A stretch of DNA of 64,000 nt from a virus (IMGVR_UViG_3300010885_070871:16923-80922), one strand, 5' to 3'. Counted from the stretch's first letter, positions 18,413-28,058 are shown. Numbers and translations are program-made. The notes: a model not told the origin generated them from the sequence alone.

Positions 18413-19357
18413 ATGAAATATAAAAGAGTTTGTATTCTAGGATCTACTGGTTTGGTAGGATCTAATTTATATAAAAAATATTCTGAATTATATCCTGCTT
18501 GTGTTATATTTAATCCTAAAAGATCTGATCTTAATCTAGAAAATAGAGAAGATGTTATAAAATATTTTATAAAAAATAAACCAGATTTAGTTTTCTTGTG
18601 TGCAGCTAAAGTTGGGGGAATAAAAGCTAATAATGATTATAAGGCAGATTTTATAACAATAAATATAAAAATACAAACTAACGTAATAGAGGCTTGTCAT
18701 TTAGCAGATATTAATAAAATTGTTTTCCTTGGATCTTCTTGCATATATCCTAAAAATTGTCTAATTCCTATAAAGGAAGAATATTTAATGACCGGACATC
18801 TAGAAGATACAAACGATGCTTATGCAATTGCTAAAATAGCAGGTATTAAAATGTGTCAATCGTATAATCAGCAATATAAAAGAGATTATATTTCAGTTAT
18901 GCCGTGTAATTTATATGGACCAGGAGATAACTTTGATTCTGATAATAGTCATGTTCTTCCTGCACTTATCAGAAAAATTGACGAAGCAAAGAAAAATAAT
19001 ATCGAATATATTAAAATATGGGGAACTGGTAAACCTATGAGAGAATTTTTATATGTTGAGGATTTAGTTGATGCTCTTATTTACCTATCTGAAAATTATA
19101 CATCTAGTGAAATAATAAATATAGGTACAGGTGATGACATTTCAATACACGACCTAACTAACGTAATAGCCAAAATTATTGGATATGAAGGAAAAATAAA
19201 ATTTAATACTGATTATCCTGATGGTACATACAGAAAATTGATGGACGTTTCTAAAATTTTCGAAACAGGTTGGAGACCTAAAATACCTATTGAGGAGGGT
19301 ATAAGAAAAACATACAATTATTATAAAAGTAATATAGATAATAAAAATGGACTATAA
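18413..19357 (+). CDS. fcl: GDP-L-fucose synthase
   Basis: ILGSTGLVG, CAAKVGGIKAN, FLGSSCIYPK, YAIAKIAG, MPCNLYGPGDNF, SHVLPAL, WGTGKPMREF. Confidence 0.92.
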   Translation: MKYKRVCILGSTGLVGSNLYKKYSELYPACVIFNPKRSDLNLENREDVIKYFIKNKPDLVFLCAAKVGGIKANNDYKADFITINIKIQTNVIEACHLADINKIVFLGSSCIYPKNCLIPIKEEYLMTGHLEDTNDAYAIAKIAGIKMCQSYNQQYKRDYISVMPCNLYGPGDNFDSDNSHVLPALIRKIDEAKKNNIEYIKIWGTGKPMREFLYVEDLVDALIYLSENYTSSEIINIGTGDDISIHDLTNVIAKIIGYEGKIKFNTDYPDGTYRKLMDVSKIFETGWRPKIPIEEGIRKTYNYYKSNIDNKNGL

Positions 19358-19928
19358 ATCACTGATAGAAAAAGAAATAGAAGCAATAAGAAGAATTCCC
19401 ACACAAAGGATTATTGATATTGTTGCTGCAATATCTAGAAATATGCACGATAGAACTAGAGTTATAACTTCTGGTATGGGGAAAGCAGGACATATAGCTC
19501 ATAATTTTGCTATGACCCTTAGCTCTACAGGTACACCTTCTTTTTTCTTACATCCTTCAGAAGCACAACATGGTGATCTTGGAATAGTATGTCCTGGAGA
19601 TATTATAGTTATTTTTAGTAATTCTGGTAAGACCAGAGAAATACAAGAGCTCATAGACCTTATACATAATCTAGGAAGCGGCAATTTAATATTTGCAATA
19701 GTTGGTAAAGGTAATGAAAATATATCTCTTAAATGCGCTGATTATATTGAATTCGGTGAGGTTGAAGAAATATGTCCATTAGGATTAACCCCTACAACAT
19801 CTACCACAGTTATGTCTGTGATATGTGATCTTATAGTTGTTGGGTTAATGAAACAAAACACGTTTACTAGATTAGAATATAGTAAACGACACCATGGGGG
19901 ATATCTCGGAGAAAAATCTAAACAATAA
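19347..19928 (+). CDS. kdsD: Arabinose-5-phosphate isomerase, single SIS domain (no CBS pair)
   Basis: TSGMGKAGHIA, STGTPS, EAQHGDLG, SNSGKT, PTTST, RHHGGYLG. Confidence 0.88.
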   Translation: MDYKSLIEKEIEAIRRIPTQRIIDIVAAISRNMHDRTRVITSGMGKAGHIAHNFAMTLSSTGTPSFFLHPSEAQHGDLGIVCPGDIIVIFSNSGKTREIQELIDLIHNLGSGNLIFAIVGKGNENISLKCADYIEFGEVEEICPLGLTPTTSTTVMSVICDLIVVGLMKQNTFTRLEYSKRHHGGYLGEKSKQ

Positions 19929-20691
19929 ATTACTAATAGCAGGGCCTTGTGTTATTGAAACAGATACACTCTGTATTCAAATAGCAGAAGAGGTTAAAAG
20001 AGTTGCTGAACTCTATGGATTTCGTCCTGTTTTTAAAGCAAGCTTTGATAAAGCTAATCGTACATCAAAAACAGGATTCAGAGGAGTTGGAATTGAAAGG
20101 GGATTAGAAATACTTTCTTTAGTAAAAAAAGAACTAAACATAGATATCATAACGGATGTACATGATATTACTCAAGTTAAAAAAGTAGCAGAAGTAGTTG
20201 ACTTTCTACAGGTCCCAGCATTTCTTTGTAGACAAACAGATCTTATTGAGGAGTGTGCTAAAACAGGATTACCAACTTTAGTTAAAAAGGGACAATTCTT
20301 ATCTCCTGAAAGCTGTAAATTTATAGAGGAAAAATTTTACGGAGCTTGGGGAACTCAATTATTAATAGGGGAAAGAGGAACGACATTTGGATATAATGAT
20401 TTAGTTGTTGACGCAACTTCTATAAAAAGAATAAAAGACTCTTGTCCTAATTCTTTGGTAATAATGGACTGCACACACAGTTTACAGATACCAAATAATT
20501 CTTCAGGAAAAACCAAAGGAAGAGGTGAAATGATAGAAACTATTATTAGATTTGCAGCGTCTTCTAAATCTGATGGTCTTTTTATAGAGGTTCATCCTGA
20601 TCCTAAAAAATCTCCTTCCGATTCTGAAAACATGCTGGAATTAGATCAATTAGAAAATGTAATCAGAAAGGCAAGAAAAATTTATGACTGA
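19894..20691 (+). CDS. kdsA: KDO 8-phosphate synthase
   Basis: IAGPCVIE, KASFDKANRTS, TDVH, PAFLCRQTDL, KKGQF, ERG, DCTHSLQ, EVHPDP; exact start uncertain. Confidence 0.93.
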   Translation: MGDISEKNLNNKLLIAGPCVIETDTLCIQIAEEVKRVAELYGFRPVFKASFDKANRTSKTGFRGVGIERGLEILSLVKKELNIDIITDVHDITQVKKVAEVVDFLQVPAFLCRQTDLIEECAKTGLPTLVKKGQFLSPESCKFIEEKFYGAWGTQLLIGERGTTFGYNDLVVDATSIKRIKDSCPNSLVIMDCTHSLQIPNNSSGKTKGRGEMIETIIRFAASSKSDGLFIEVHPDPKKSPSDSENMLELDQLENVIRKARKIYD

Positions 20692-21403
20692 GAATAAAAA
20701 ATTAGATGTTATAATAATAAGCTATGCTAAGGATGAATATTGTGAATCTATAACTAAGAGTTGTTTAGAATCCCTAATTCAATCTGAAGATGATTCACAA
20801 GACATATTTAATATAATAGTTGTTGAATCTGCTAAAGGTGTTAAATGGGAAAGTTTAGGAACTAATGTAAAAACATTAGAAGCACCACTTCCTTATGGAT
20901 ATCATAAGTTTCTTAATTATGGCAGAAAGCATGGAGATTCTGAATGGGTAGCACTTTGTAATAACGATTTACATTTTACCAAACATTGGTTTACTAGAAT
21001 AATTGATGCACACGAATCTAATCCAGAGGTTATTTCTTTTTCTCCTATCTGTCCAATGACACAAACAATTTATGGTATAAACCCACATACGGGAAATCTA
21101 CCTGGGTATGAAATAAGAAAACAAATATCAGGATGGTGTATAGTTCATAAAAGAGAAATATACAATTTAATAGGGGATTTAGACGAGAGATTTTATCACT
21201 GGTTTTGTGATAATGATTATTCTATGGAATTATGGACTAAAGGAATTAAGCATCTTTTAGTTACTGATTCTATAGTTATACATCATGATAAAAACATAGG
21301 AAAGACAACAGAAAAAGTTATAGAAACAAATGAAGAGATGTACAGATTAACTAGTGGATCTACTCCTATATTTAAAGAAAAATGGAAAAACTACATACAA
21401 TGA
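20684..21403 (+). CDS. GT2 family glycosyltransferase
   Basis: DVIIIS, IIVVES, LNYG, LCNND, GDLDERF..WFCDND. Confidence 0.8.
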   Translation: MTENKKLDVIIISYAKDEYCESITKSCLESLIQSEDDSQDIFNIIVVESAKGVKWESLGTNVKTLEAPLPYGYHKFLNYGRKHGDSEWVALCNNDLHFTKHWFTRIIDAHESNPEVISFSPICPMTQTIYGINPHTGNLPGYEIRKQISGWCIVHKREIYNLIGDLDERFYHWFCDNDYSMELWTKGIKHLLVTDSIVIHHDKNIGKTTEKVIETNEEMYRLTSGSTPIFKEKWKNYIQ

Positions 21404-22002
21404 CAAGACATGAAATAATAAACAAAATCATTCAATCAAATGGATTTAATGATTACCTAGAAATAGGAGTTAGAAACGGAGAATGCTTTAAAGAAATTAA
21501 ATGTACAAACAAGATAGGTGTAGATCCTAATCCAATAAGCAACGACACAACACATAAAATGACTTCTGATGAGTTTTTTGAAACCTGGGATTCATCAAAG
21601 AAATTCGACGTTATTTTTATCGACGGATTACATTTAGAAGAACAGGTTGATGTTGATATTCAAAACTCTTTAAATTTCTTGAATGAAGGAGGTTACGTAG
21701 TACTTCACGACTGCAATCCTCCAACTTCGTATCATGCTGCAGAACAACCAGTTTTTACTGCACCTGCTAACGGTAATTGGAACGGTACTGTTTATAAGTC
21801 TATTATTAAAGTTAGACTATATAGAAGTGATTTAGTTTTAGAAACTGTAGATTCTGATTGGGGTGTAGGAATTTTAAGAAAAGGAGGATCTAAAACATTA
21901 GATGTTTTTCCAGCTGAGGCTATGACATGGGATTGGTTTTCAAACAACAGAAAAGAAGTACTTAATTTAATTACACCTGAAGAATTTATTAGTAAGTACT
22001 AA
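21400..22002 (+). CDS. SAM-dependent methyltransferase (Methyltransf_24-like; start MTRHEII)
   Basis: YLEIGV, GVDP, TSDEFF, FDVIFIDGLH, GGYVVLHDC; ATGA overlap. Confidence 0.8.
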   Translation: MTRHEIINKIIQSNGFNDYLEIGVRNGECFKEIKCTNKIGVDPNPISNDTTHKMTSDEFFETWDSSKKFDVIFIDGLHLEEQVDVDIQNSLNFLNEGGYVVLHDCNPPTSYHAAEQPVFTAPANGNWNGTVYKSIIKVRLYRSDLVLETVDSDWGVGILRKGGSKTLDVFPAEAMTWDWFSNNRKEVLNLITPEEFISKY

Positions 22003-22063
22003 TATTTTTTATGAATATAGGAAATTATTATAAAATTATCAATATAAATTAGAAAGGATTTTT

Positions 22064-22321
22064 GTGAAAATAGATTATGGTAAAAAAATAGTAGCAGATC
22101 GACCTTCAGGAAAATCAAGAATTGAAATATCTAGACATCCTGATTCTATAATGAATAATATATTAGTTGTAAATAGAATAGGAAAAGAAAAAGAATCTTC
22201 TTGGATAATAGAAAAGGATTTAGGAACCTGGTTAAACTATCTAAAAACCGAAGGATTCACCAAGACAAAAATAGTTCAAGATGTGGAAACTTCTAAGAAA
22301 AATATTAAGAAAAAAAAATAA
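22064..22321 (+). CDS. Hypothetical protein
   Basis: 85 aa, GTG start, preceded by GGAAATT...TATAAA. Confidence 0.6.
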   Translation: MKIDYGKKIVADRPSGKSRIEISRHPDSIMNNILVVNRIGKEKESSWIIEKDLGTWLNYLKTEGFTKTKIVQDVETSKKNIKKKK

Positions 22322-22322
22322 A

Positions 22323-22946
22323 ATGGAAAATCTGCAAGAGATAGATCTGGAAATGCTCGATAAAGAGTTAAAACCATTTTTTTATAAATGGACCAAAGGT
22401 GATAACAACGGACAAGTATGTGAGTACGAAAGCTTATTTAAAGATCCAGCTTCTGGTATAATCTGGATTAATTTTAAAGGGGGAACTAGGATAAACTATA
22501 GCGTCATGTCTGAATATATGATCGAGATAGATCCTATTCCTCAGAGCAATTCTACGAATCAACTTCAACCAATAACAAAAGCACAAAATAGCAGAATACC
22601 AGTTCAGGATCAATTTCCTGTAAAAAATGTTATGCTTGCTGATAATAGAGACTCTAAAGTTATTGATGAAAACCCTATAGTTTCTTTGCTACAAAAACAA
22701 AAACCTAATTGGGTAGAAGTTGGAATAAAACTGAAATTAAATTTACCTACTAAAAACCTTTATAATGTTTTAACCTCTTCTTTCGAAGATGCAGAAAACG
22801 AGATTATAGAATTTGTGGTCAATGACCTCGACTTAGAAATAATCAAAGAAAGTTTGAGGATAAATATAAAAGAAATATATAAAGGTAATCATGCAAATAT
22901 TCGAAAACCAGGAACAGATCTCAATAAAGAAGAACAAGAGAATTGA
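22323..22946 (+). CDS. Hypothetical protein (start probably MENLQEI)
   Basis: ATG just after the previous stop codon. Confidence 0.7.
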   Translation: MENLQEIDLEMLDKELKPFFYKWTKGDNNGQVCEYESLFKDPASGIIWINFKGGTRINYSVMSEYMIEIDPIPQSNSTNQLQPITKAQNSRIPVQDQFPVKNVMLADNRDSKVIDENPIVSLLQKQKPNWVEVGIKLKLNLPTKNLYNVLTSSFEDAENEIIEFVVNDLDLEIIKESLRINIKEIYKGNHANIRKPGTDLNKEEQEN

Positions 22947-23454
22947 AGTCTTAGAGATAAACGAACACCTATTTATTAAGCAAATATATCCCGGTGTTAT
23001 AATAATGCCCTATACATTAGACGATGAAGGTAATCCATCAAAGATTGGTATTATAAACGAGGTATTGGAGCAAAGACCTGGTGGAATGGCTAAGACATTA
23101 ATAACTGGAACACCTGATGAAGACGACGATAATATTTTTCAAACTGCCATAAGAGAATTAAAAGAGGAATCTGGTTTCAAAGTACCTGATATTAAGAGAT
23201 GGAAATTTTTAGGAACCCTTTATACATCTAAACTAGTACTTAACTCTAATCCCTGCTTTTCTGTAAACATAACTTCTATTGTTGCAGAAGAAAAAACTAC
23301 AGACGGATCTACAGAAGAAAAAGATTCTAAATTTGAACTTATAAGTATAGAAGAAGCTTTATCCTTAGAAGATTCCTTAATCAGTACTCTTTTTATAAAA
23401 ACATTTAAAGATATTTTCATTAAAAAAGAAAACAATGAACAACCAACTACCTAA
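22891..23454 (+). CDS. Nudix hydrolase
   Basis: GTPDEDDDNIFQTAIRELKEESG Nudix box. Confidence 0.85.
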   Translation: MQIFENQEQISIKKNKRIEVLEINEHLFIKQIYPGVIIMPYTLDDEGNPSKIGIINEVLEQRPGGMAKTLITGTPDEDDDNIFQTAIRELKEESGFKVPDIKRWKFLGTLYTSKLVLNSNPCFSVNITSIVAEEKTTDGSTEEKDSKFELISIEEALSLEDSLISTLFIKTFKDIFIKKENNEQPTT

Positions 23455-23617
23455 TAGAAGAGAAAGAAGAAAAGCTGCAAAAGTAGCAGGTCTTTTTGGT
23501 AAAAAAGAAAGTAACAAACAAAAGGAAGAGAGAAGACAAAGATCTCTAGTTACTGGAAATTTAATAAGACTTAGAAATTTAACAGAGCAAAGAAACAGAA
23601 ACAAATCCCCTGAATAA
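23435..23617 (+). CDS. Small basic hypothetical protein
   Basis: 60 aa, NRRERRKAAK. Confidence 0.6.
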   Translation: MNNQLPNRRERRKAAKVAGLFGKKESNKQKEERRQRSLVTGNLIRLRNLTEQRNRNKSPE

Positions 23618-23620
23618 TCT

Positions 23621-23941
23621 GTGAACCTTAAATATATTATAGTAAATAAATCAGAAAAAATAAAGTCCCCTAAATTTGAGGGGATAGAAATACATCAGAT
23701 AGATGTGAATTCCTGGTTTAAGAGTAACAGCCTTAATCCTTCAGAAATGAACGAAATAAGACAGTTTATATTCGAAGAATGGATCATAAAAAAAATACAA
23801 AGTACTAAAAATAAAATACTTCCTGGGGCTCATGTAGTTATAATTTATGATAATCCGAGCCCATCTTTTATATCATTTCTGGAACAAAAAATATCCTTAA
23901 TTTTTGAATGTGAATCATGTGAGTTAATTTTGATTAACTAA
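23621..23941 (+). CDS. Hypothetical protein
   Basis: 106 aa ORF, GTG start. Confidence 0.55.
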   Translation: MNLKYIIVNKSEKIKSPKFEGIEIHQIDVNSWFKSNSLNPSEMNEIRQFIFEEWIIKKIQSTKNKILPGAHVVIIYDNPSPSFISFLEQKISLIFECESCELILIN

Positions 23942-23964
23942 AATTATATAGGGTATATAGTATC

Positions 23965-25818
23965 ATGGCAACACCAGGAACAGATAGTATAGGTAAACAA
24001 GTAGATGGATCATCGTCTGGAAATTCTAGTAATTTAGCAGATCCTGATATTCAAAGATTTGCAAACGGACTTTACAAATTTGATTCAGATAAAATATATG
24101 GAACTTTTGAGAGAAGTGAATTAGCAGCACTTCCAAAAAGTTTATTTTATGATGGGGCAACAGCTTATGAAACATACAATGGGCTTTTTGCTTATTATGT
24201 TTTGGGTAAAAATAGTCAAGGAGGAAGAGCTAGATATCACATTTCTGAAAAAACAGCAGAATTAAGTAAAATAACTCCTAATTATTCTAGAAATCCCACA
24301 GCAAAACAAATAATAGAAACAGTAGCAGGTCCTACTCAATCAGGAATTCCTGCTTTTCTAGATCCTGCAAGTCCTTTTAGAGGACAAATTTATAGTGTTA
24401 AGGATTTCATATTTTGTAAGCATTATGGAATAATGCCAAACAATAGAATGCTTACGCTTAGAAGATTTGCCTATCCAACATTAGATTCTTTAAGAATAAT
24501 ACCAAACAAACCAAGGGATTTTGGTATCTCAGAAGATGGTAAGAAAGCAGAATTGCAACAGTCTTCTGCAGAAGGAATAGGACTTATAAGAGATTTTAAA
24601 GGTGAATTAAACACAGCTCTTCCTGTTTCTCAAGCTGTAACATTTTTTGGAGGTGATACAGGAAATAATCTTTCTAGTATTTTAGGTATAAATACAGGTC
24701 TTAATTTTGAATACCAAAAACAAGATCCTGTAAAAAATGAACAAACAGGGGATCCTGGTCTTATGAATTCCCCTTTTGGAGACTTAATTAAATCTTTTAT
24801 AACAACAGGAAAATCTGATCTTAATCCAGAAGCAATCAGTAATTTAATAGGAACATTAGCTGCACCGGAAAAAAATGAAAGAGCATTAAAAAGGTTATTA
24901 TTAAATAATGCTCTTGCTCAAGACGGACCACTTTCTAAAAAGATTTTTGTTAATGTTAATACAGTTGACCGAGTAATGACAAGACAGCAGGGATTTGCAG
25001 GGGGGACTGAATCGTTTACTTTAACTTTTGATTATAACCTAACCTCTGCTGGAGAGGTAAATTCTAAACTACTCTTTTTAGATTTAATGACTAATCTTCT
25101 TTCTTTAGGGTCTGATTATGGACAATTTCTTTCGCCTGAATTAAGATTAGAGCAGACTAACGTTGGTTTAGGATTTCCAGGAGGTGCTTCTGGTTATATT
25201 AAATCTATAGTAAATCCAATACAATACATAAGAGACCAAGTTTCTGGAATTCTTTCTAGTCAAACAGTAAACAAATTAAATTCAGCAGAAGGAGGGTTAA
25301 GTAAGGATATACAAGAAATAACATCTGAATTAAAAGCTTTCGTCCAAGATCCTGATAAAAATCCAATACAAGAGGGAAGTAAATTTTATAAATCTATAGC
25401 AGTAATGATGAGTGATATTTTTCTTAAAAAAATATATTATCAACCATTAATGCTTTCAGGTTATCCAACAGGTGAATGGCATCTAGTAGTGGGAAATCCA
25501 TTAAATCCTATAGCAATGATGGGAAATTTAGTTTGCAATAATGTGAAAATAACATTTAATGATGAATTAGGTCCTGATGATTTTCCTACTGAAATGAAAG
25601 CAGTTTTTACTCTTTTTCCAGGAAGACAGAGACATAGAGGGGATTGGGAATCTATTTTTAATAGAGGTAACGGTAGATTATACTTAGGCCAGTTAACAGA
25701 AAGTAGTGAAACGGTAAATGCTTGGAGAACATCAAGTGGATATGCACCTAATGATTTCCCTGAAGATGGTACAGATATTTACAAAGTGACAACTCAAGGG
25801 GCAGCTCAAGGAAGTTAA
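23965..25818 (+). CDS. Putative tail/baseplate structural protein (tube-initiator/hub-like)
   Basis: First gene of the baseplate operon; C-terminal GNPLNPIAMMGNLVCNNVKITF..GPDDFPTEMKAVFTL recalls the tail-tube fold; GGTATATAG upstream. Confidence 0.5.
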   Translation: MATPGTDSIGKQVDGSSSGNSSNLADPDIQRFANGLYKFDSDKIYGTFERSELAALPKSLFYDGATAYETYNGLFAYYVLGKNSQGGRARYHISEKTAELSKITPNYSRNPTAKQIIETVAGPTQSGIPAFLDPASPFRGQIYSVKDFIFCKHYGIMPNNRMLTLRRFAYPTLDSLRIIPNKPRDFGISEDGKKAELQQSSAEGIGLIRDFKGELNTALPVSQAVTFFGGDTGNNLSSILGINTGLNFEYQKQDPVKNEQTGDPGLMNSPFGDLIKSFITTGKSDLNPEAISNLIGTLAAPEKNERALKRLLLNNALAQDGPLSKKIFVNVNTVDRVMTRQQGFAGGTESFTLTFDYNLTSAGEVNSKLLFLDLMTNLLSLGSDYGQFLSPELRLEQTNVGLGFPGGASGYIKSIVNPIQYIRDQVSGILSSQTVNKLNSAEGGLSKDIQEITSELKAFVQDPDKNPIQEGSKFYKSIAVMMSDIFLKKIYYQPLMLSGYPTGEWHLVVGNPLNPIAMMGNLVCNNVKITFNDELGPDDFPTEMKAVFTLFPGRQRHRGDWESIFNRGNGRLYLGQLTESSETVNAWRTSSGYAPNDFPEDGTDIYKVTTQGAAQGS

Positions 25819-25830
25819 TTAAAATAAAAT

Positions 25831-26436
25831 ATGTTAGCAATAGATGTAATAGAGTCAAAGGGTTTTAGATTAGATCAAAAAACCAAAAGCCAGGTCTTAG
25901 ATCTTGTTACTGTTTCTTGGAATACTAGAGATATAAATTATCAGTTAAAATCTATAGCTTTTGTCACAAGTGAAACTGAAATGAGACCAGATCTTGTTTC
26001 TCTTCTTTATCAGAACGATCAAAGTAGAGTGGGATCTTTATTAAAATTAAATAATATTTCAAATCCTCTTTCTGTTAAGATGGGTGAAATATTAGCAGTA
26101 CCTACAGATGAAATGACTAATAATTTATTTCAAAGTGGTAAAAATATAACAAATCAAAAGCAAAAAGCAAGATCTTTTAGAAAAGAATTACAAGAAAAAA
26201 TATCTCAGGTTTCTCAAGAGCGATTAAATTATCTTAATTCTAAAAATATTTCAAATCTTGCACAAACACCGCTTCCACCAAATCTTTTACAAGAAGGACA
26301 ACAACAGATCCTTGTTGAGGATGGAAAACTTTTATTTGGTCCTGATATAGGACAATGTAAAACAAAAGCAAAAAAGAGTGTTTCTGTTACTGACATAAAA
26401 ACAAAGCTTGCTCAGAAAAACATTTTTAGAAGATAA
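25831..26436 (+). CDS. Baseplate wedge protein, T4 gp53/LysM-like
   Basis: MRPDLVSLLY...LLKLNNISNPLSVKMGEILAVP. Confidence 0.7.
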   Translation: MLAIDVIESKGFRLDQKTKSQVLDLVTVSWNTRDINYQLKSIAFVTSETEMRPDLVSLLYQNDQSRVGSLLKLNNISNPLSVKMGEILAVPTDEMTNNLFQSGKNITNQKQKARSFRKELQEKISQVSQERLNYLNSKNISNLAQTPLPPNLLQEGQQQILVEDGKLLFGPDIGQCKTKAKKSVSVTDIKTKLAQKNIFRR

Positions 26437-28058
26437 TGGCAAATTTTAATTTAAGAAAATCCATATTACAATACAGAAATCCTGATATAGTTCTGGATGA
26501 ACTTTCTATTGTTGATACAGGATCTCAGAAGGGAGATCTACAAAAAAATGATAGAGAAGGAAATAACATCCAGAAGAAATATACAGGGATGGCTGAGCCA
26601 CTAATTAAAATAAACAATGTTGTAGTTTCTGGTCTTAGTTATTTTAAATTGGATTTATCTGGATTCAAACCTAAATTAATTTTTAAATTTAGTACGATAG
26701 ACGAAAGATTTATATACACATCATTTCCAAAGGATGGAGATATAATTTCTCTTTATATAAGAGCTTACGGGGAAATGTTTAAGCCAATTAGAATGGATTT
26801 TATAATAACTGAAGTAATTTCACCTTTTTCTTATAGTGCAAGTGTTGAAAATGATAAAACAAATCTTGATGCAGGATCTGGTAAATATCAAACATATACT
26901 ATATTTGGCGAGGTAAGAGTTCCTAAGCTTTATAAACATGTGAGTAAATCATTCAAGGGAAACAGTACAGATGCTTTAATAAAGATATCAGAAGATCTTG
27001 GCCTTGGCTATGCTTCTAATGAAGCTAAAACAAAAGATGAAATGACATGGATTTCACCTAATGCAGATTATGAGACATTAATAAAAAATATAGTAAATAG
27101 CTCTTGGTTAAGTGAAGAAGATTATTTTGATTGCTGGATAGATCAATATTATAATATAAATCTAGTTAATCTTAGAAAACAATTCGATGAACAAAATCAA
27201 ACAATAGAAACTATGAGAATGGCTTATGGTGTTGATGAAACACCTGATATGTCAGCAGGAACAGAACCACGAGAAGTTGAATTTCCTATAGTTTTAACAA
27301 ATGCAACAAATTATGCTAAATCCCCTTTGTATATTAGATCTATGTCTATAGAACATAATGCAGGACAAATTAATAACGATCTAGGATATTTTCAGAGAGT
27401 TCAGTTTTATGATTCTAAATTGAATTCAGACAAGCCTAAAAACAAATATGTTGAATATAATATAGAATCTGTTACAAATAAAACTGTAGGTTCAAGGGAC
27501 ACTTTAAACAAAGGAAGATTAGGAGAAAGTATCTACAAGGAAGAGATTAAAAAAACTTACGTTGGAACTATGTATTTTGAAAATGTACATGAGAATTTTC
27601 ATCAGGCACAGATACAAAATATATTTAATCGTAACGATAGTTATAAATTAATACTAAAAGTTAAGACAAGAGCATGGATGCCTTGGCTTTACAGAGGAAA
27701 ATCAATTCCAGTTAATATAATACAAGAGGGTAGCACCACTGCTTCTAGTGATTCTAAATATTCTGCAAAAGGTGGTGAAAAATCTTCTCTTGCACCTCCT
27801 GCTGAAAAAAGAGTACCAAATGCTTTTCTTTCTGGTGATTATGTTATATTAGGAATAAACATAGAATTTAATTTAACAGATAGATTACATCAGGTTTTAA
27901 TACTCGGTAAAAAACAATGGGTACTTAATCCAGGTATTGCTTCAGATCCGTCAACAGTAGATCCTACAAGTGATGAGGGAGACTTTAACGATCTCACTCA
28001 AAACACATCCTCTATAACACAAAAGGATGCTGGTGTTTTAAATAATAGTGTGTTTTAA
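26436..28058 (+). CDS. Putative baseplate hub protein (gp27/GPD-like)
   Basis: Position after the gp53-like gene; SFKGNSTDALIKISEDLGLG; C-terminal FLSGDYVILGINIEF. Confidence 0.55.
   Translation: MANFNLRKSILQYRNPDIVLDELSIVDTGSQKGDLQKNDREGNNIQKKYTGMAEPLIKINNVVVSGLSYFKLDLSGFKPKLIFKFSTIDERFIYTSFPKDGDIISLYIRAYGEMFKPIRMDFIITEVISPFSYSASVENDKTNLDAGSGKYQTYTIFGEVRVPKLYKHVSKSFKGNSTDALIKISEDLGLGYASNEAKTKDEMTWISPNADYETLIKNIVNSSWLSEEDYFDCWIDQYYNINLVNLRKQFDEQNQTIETMRMAYGVDETPDMSAGTEPREVEFPIVLTNATNYAKSPLYIRSMSIEHNAGQINNDLGYFQRVQFYDSKLNSDKPKNKYVEYNIESVTNKTVGSRDTLNKGRLGESIYKEEIKKTYVGTMYFENVHENFHQAQIQNIFNRNDSYKLILKVKTRAWMPWLYRGKSIPVNIIQEGSTTASSDSKYSAKGGEKSSLAPPAEKRVPNAFLSGDYVILGINIEFNLTDRLHQVLILGKKQWVLNPGIASDPSTVDPTSDEGDFNDLTQNTSSITQKDAGVLNNSVF

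Noticed and set aside
19894-19928. Programmed frameshift fusing KdsD to KdsA
   Set aside because: An in-frame ATG exists at 19894 and there is no convincing slippery site or stimulatory structure; a simple overlap is sufficient
9845-22002. Bacterial chromosomal LPS/capsule locus
   Set aside because: No wzx/wzy/ABC export or membrane genes; composition and gene packing match the flanking phage genes
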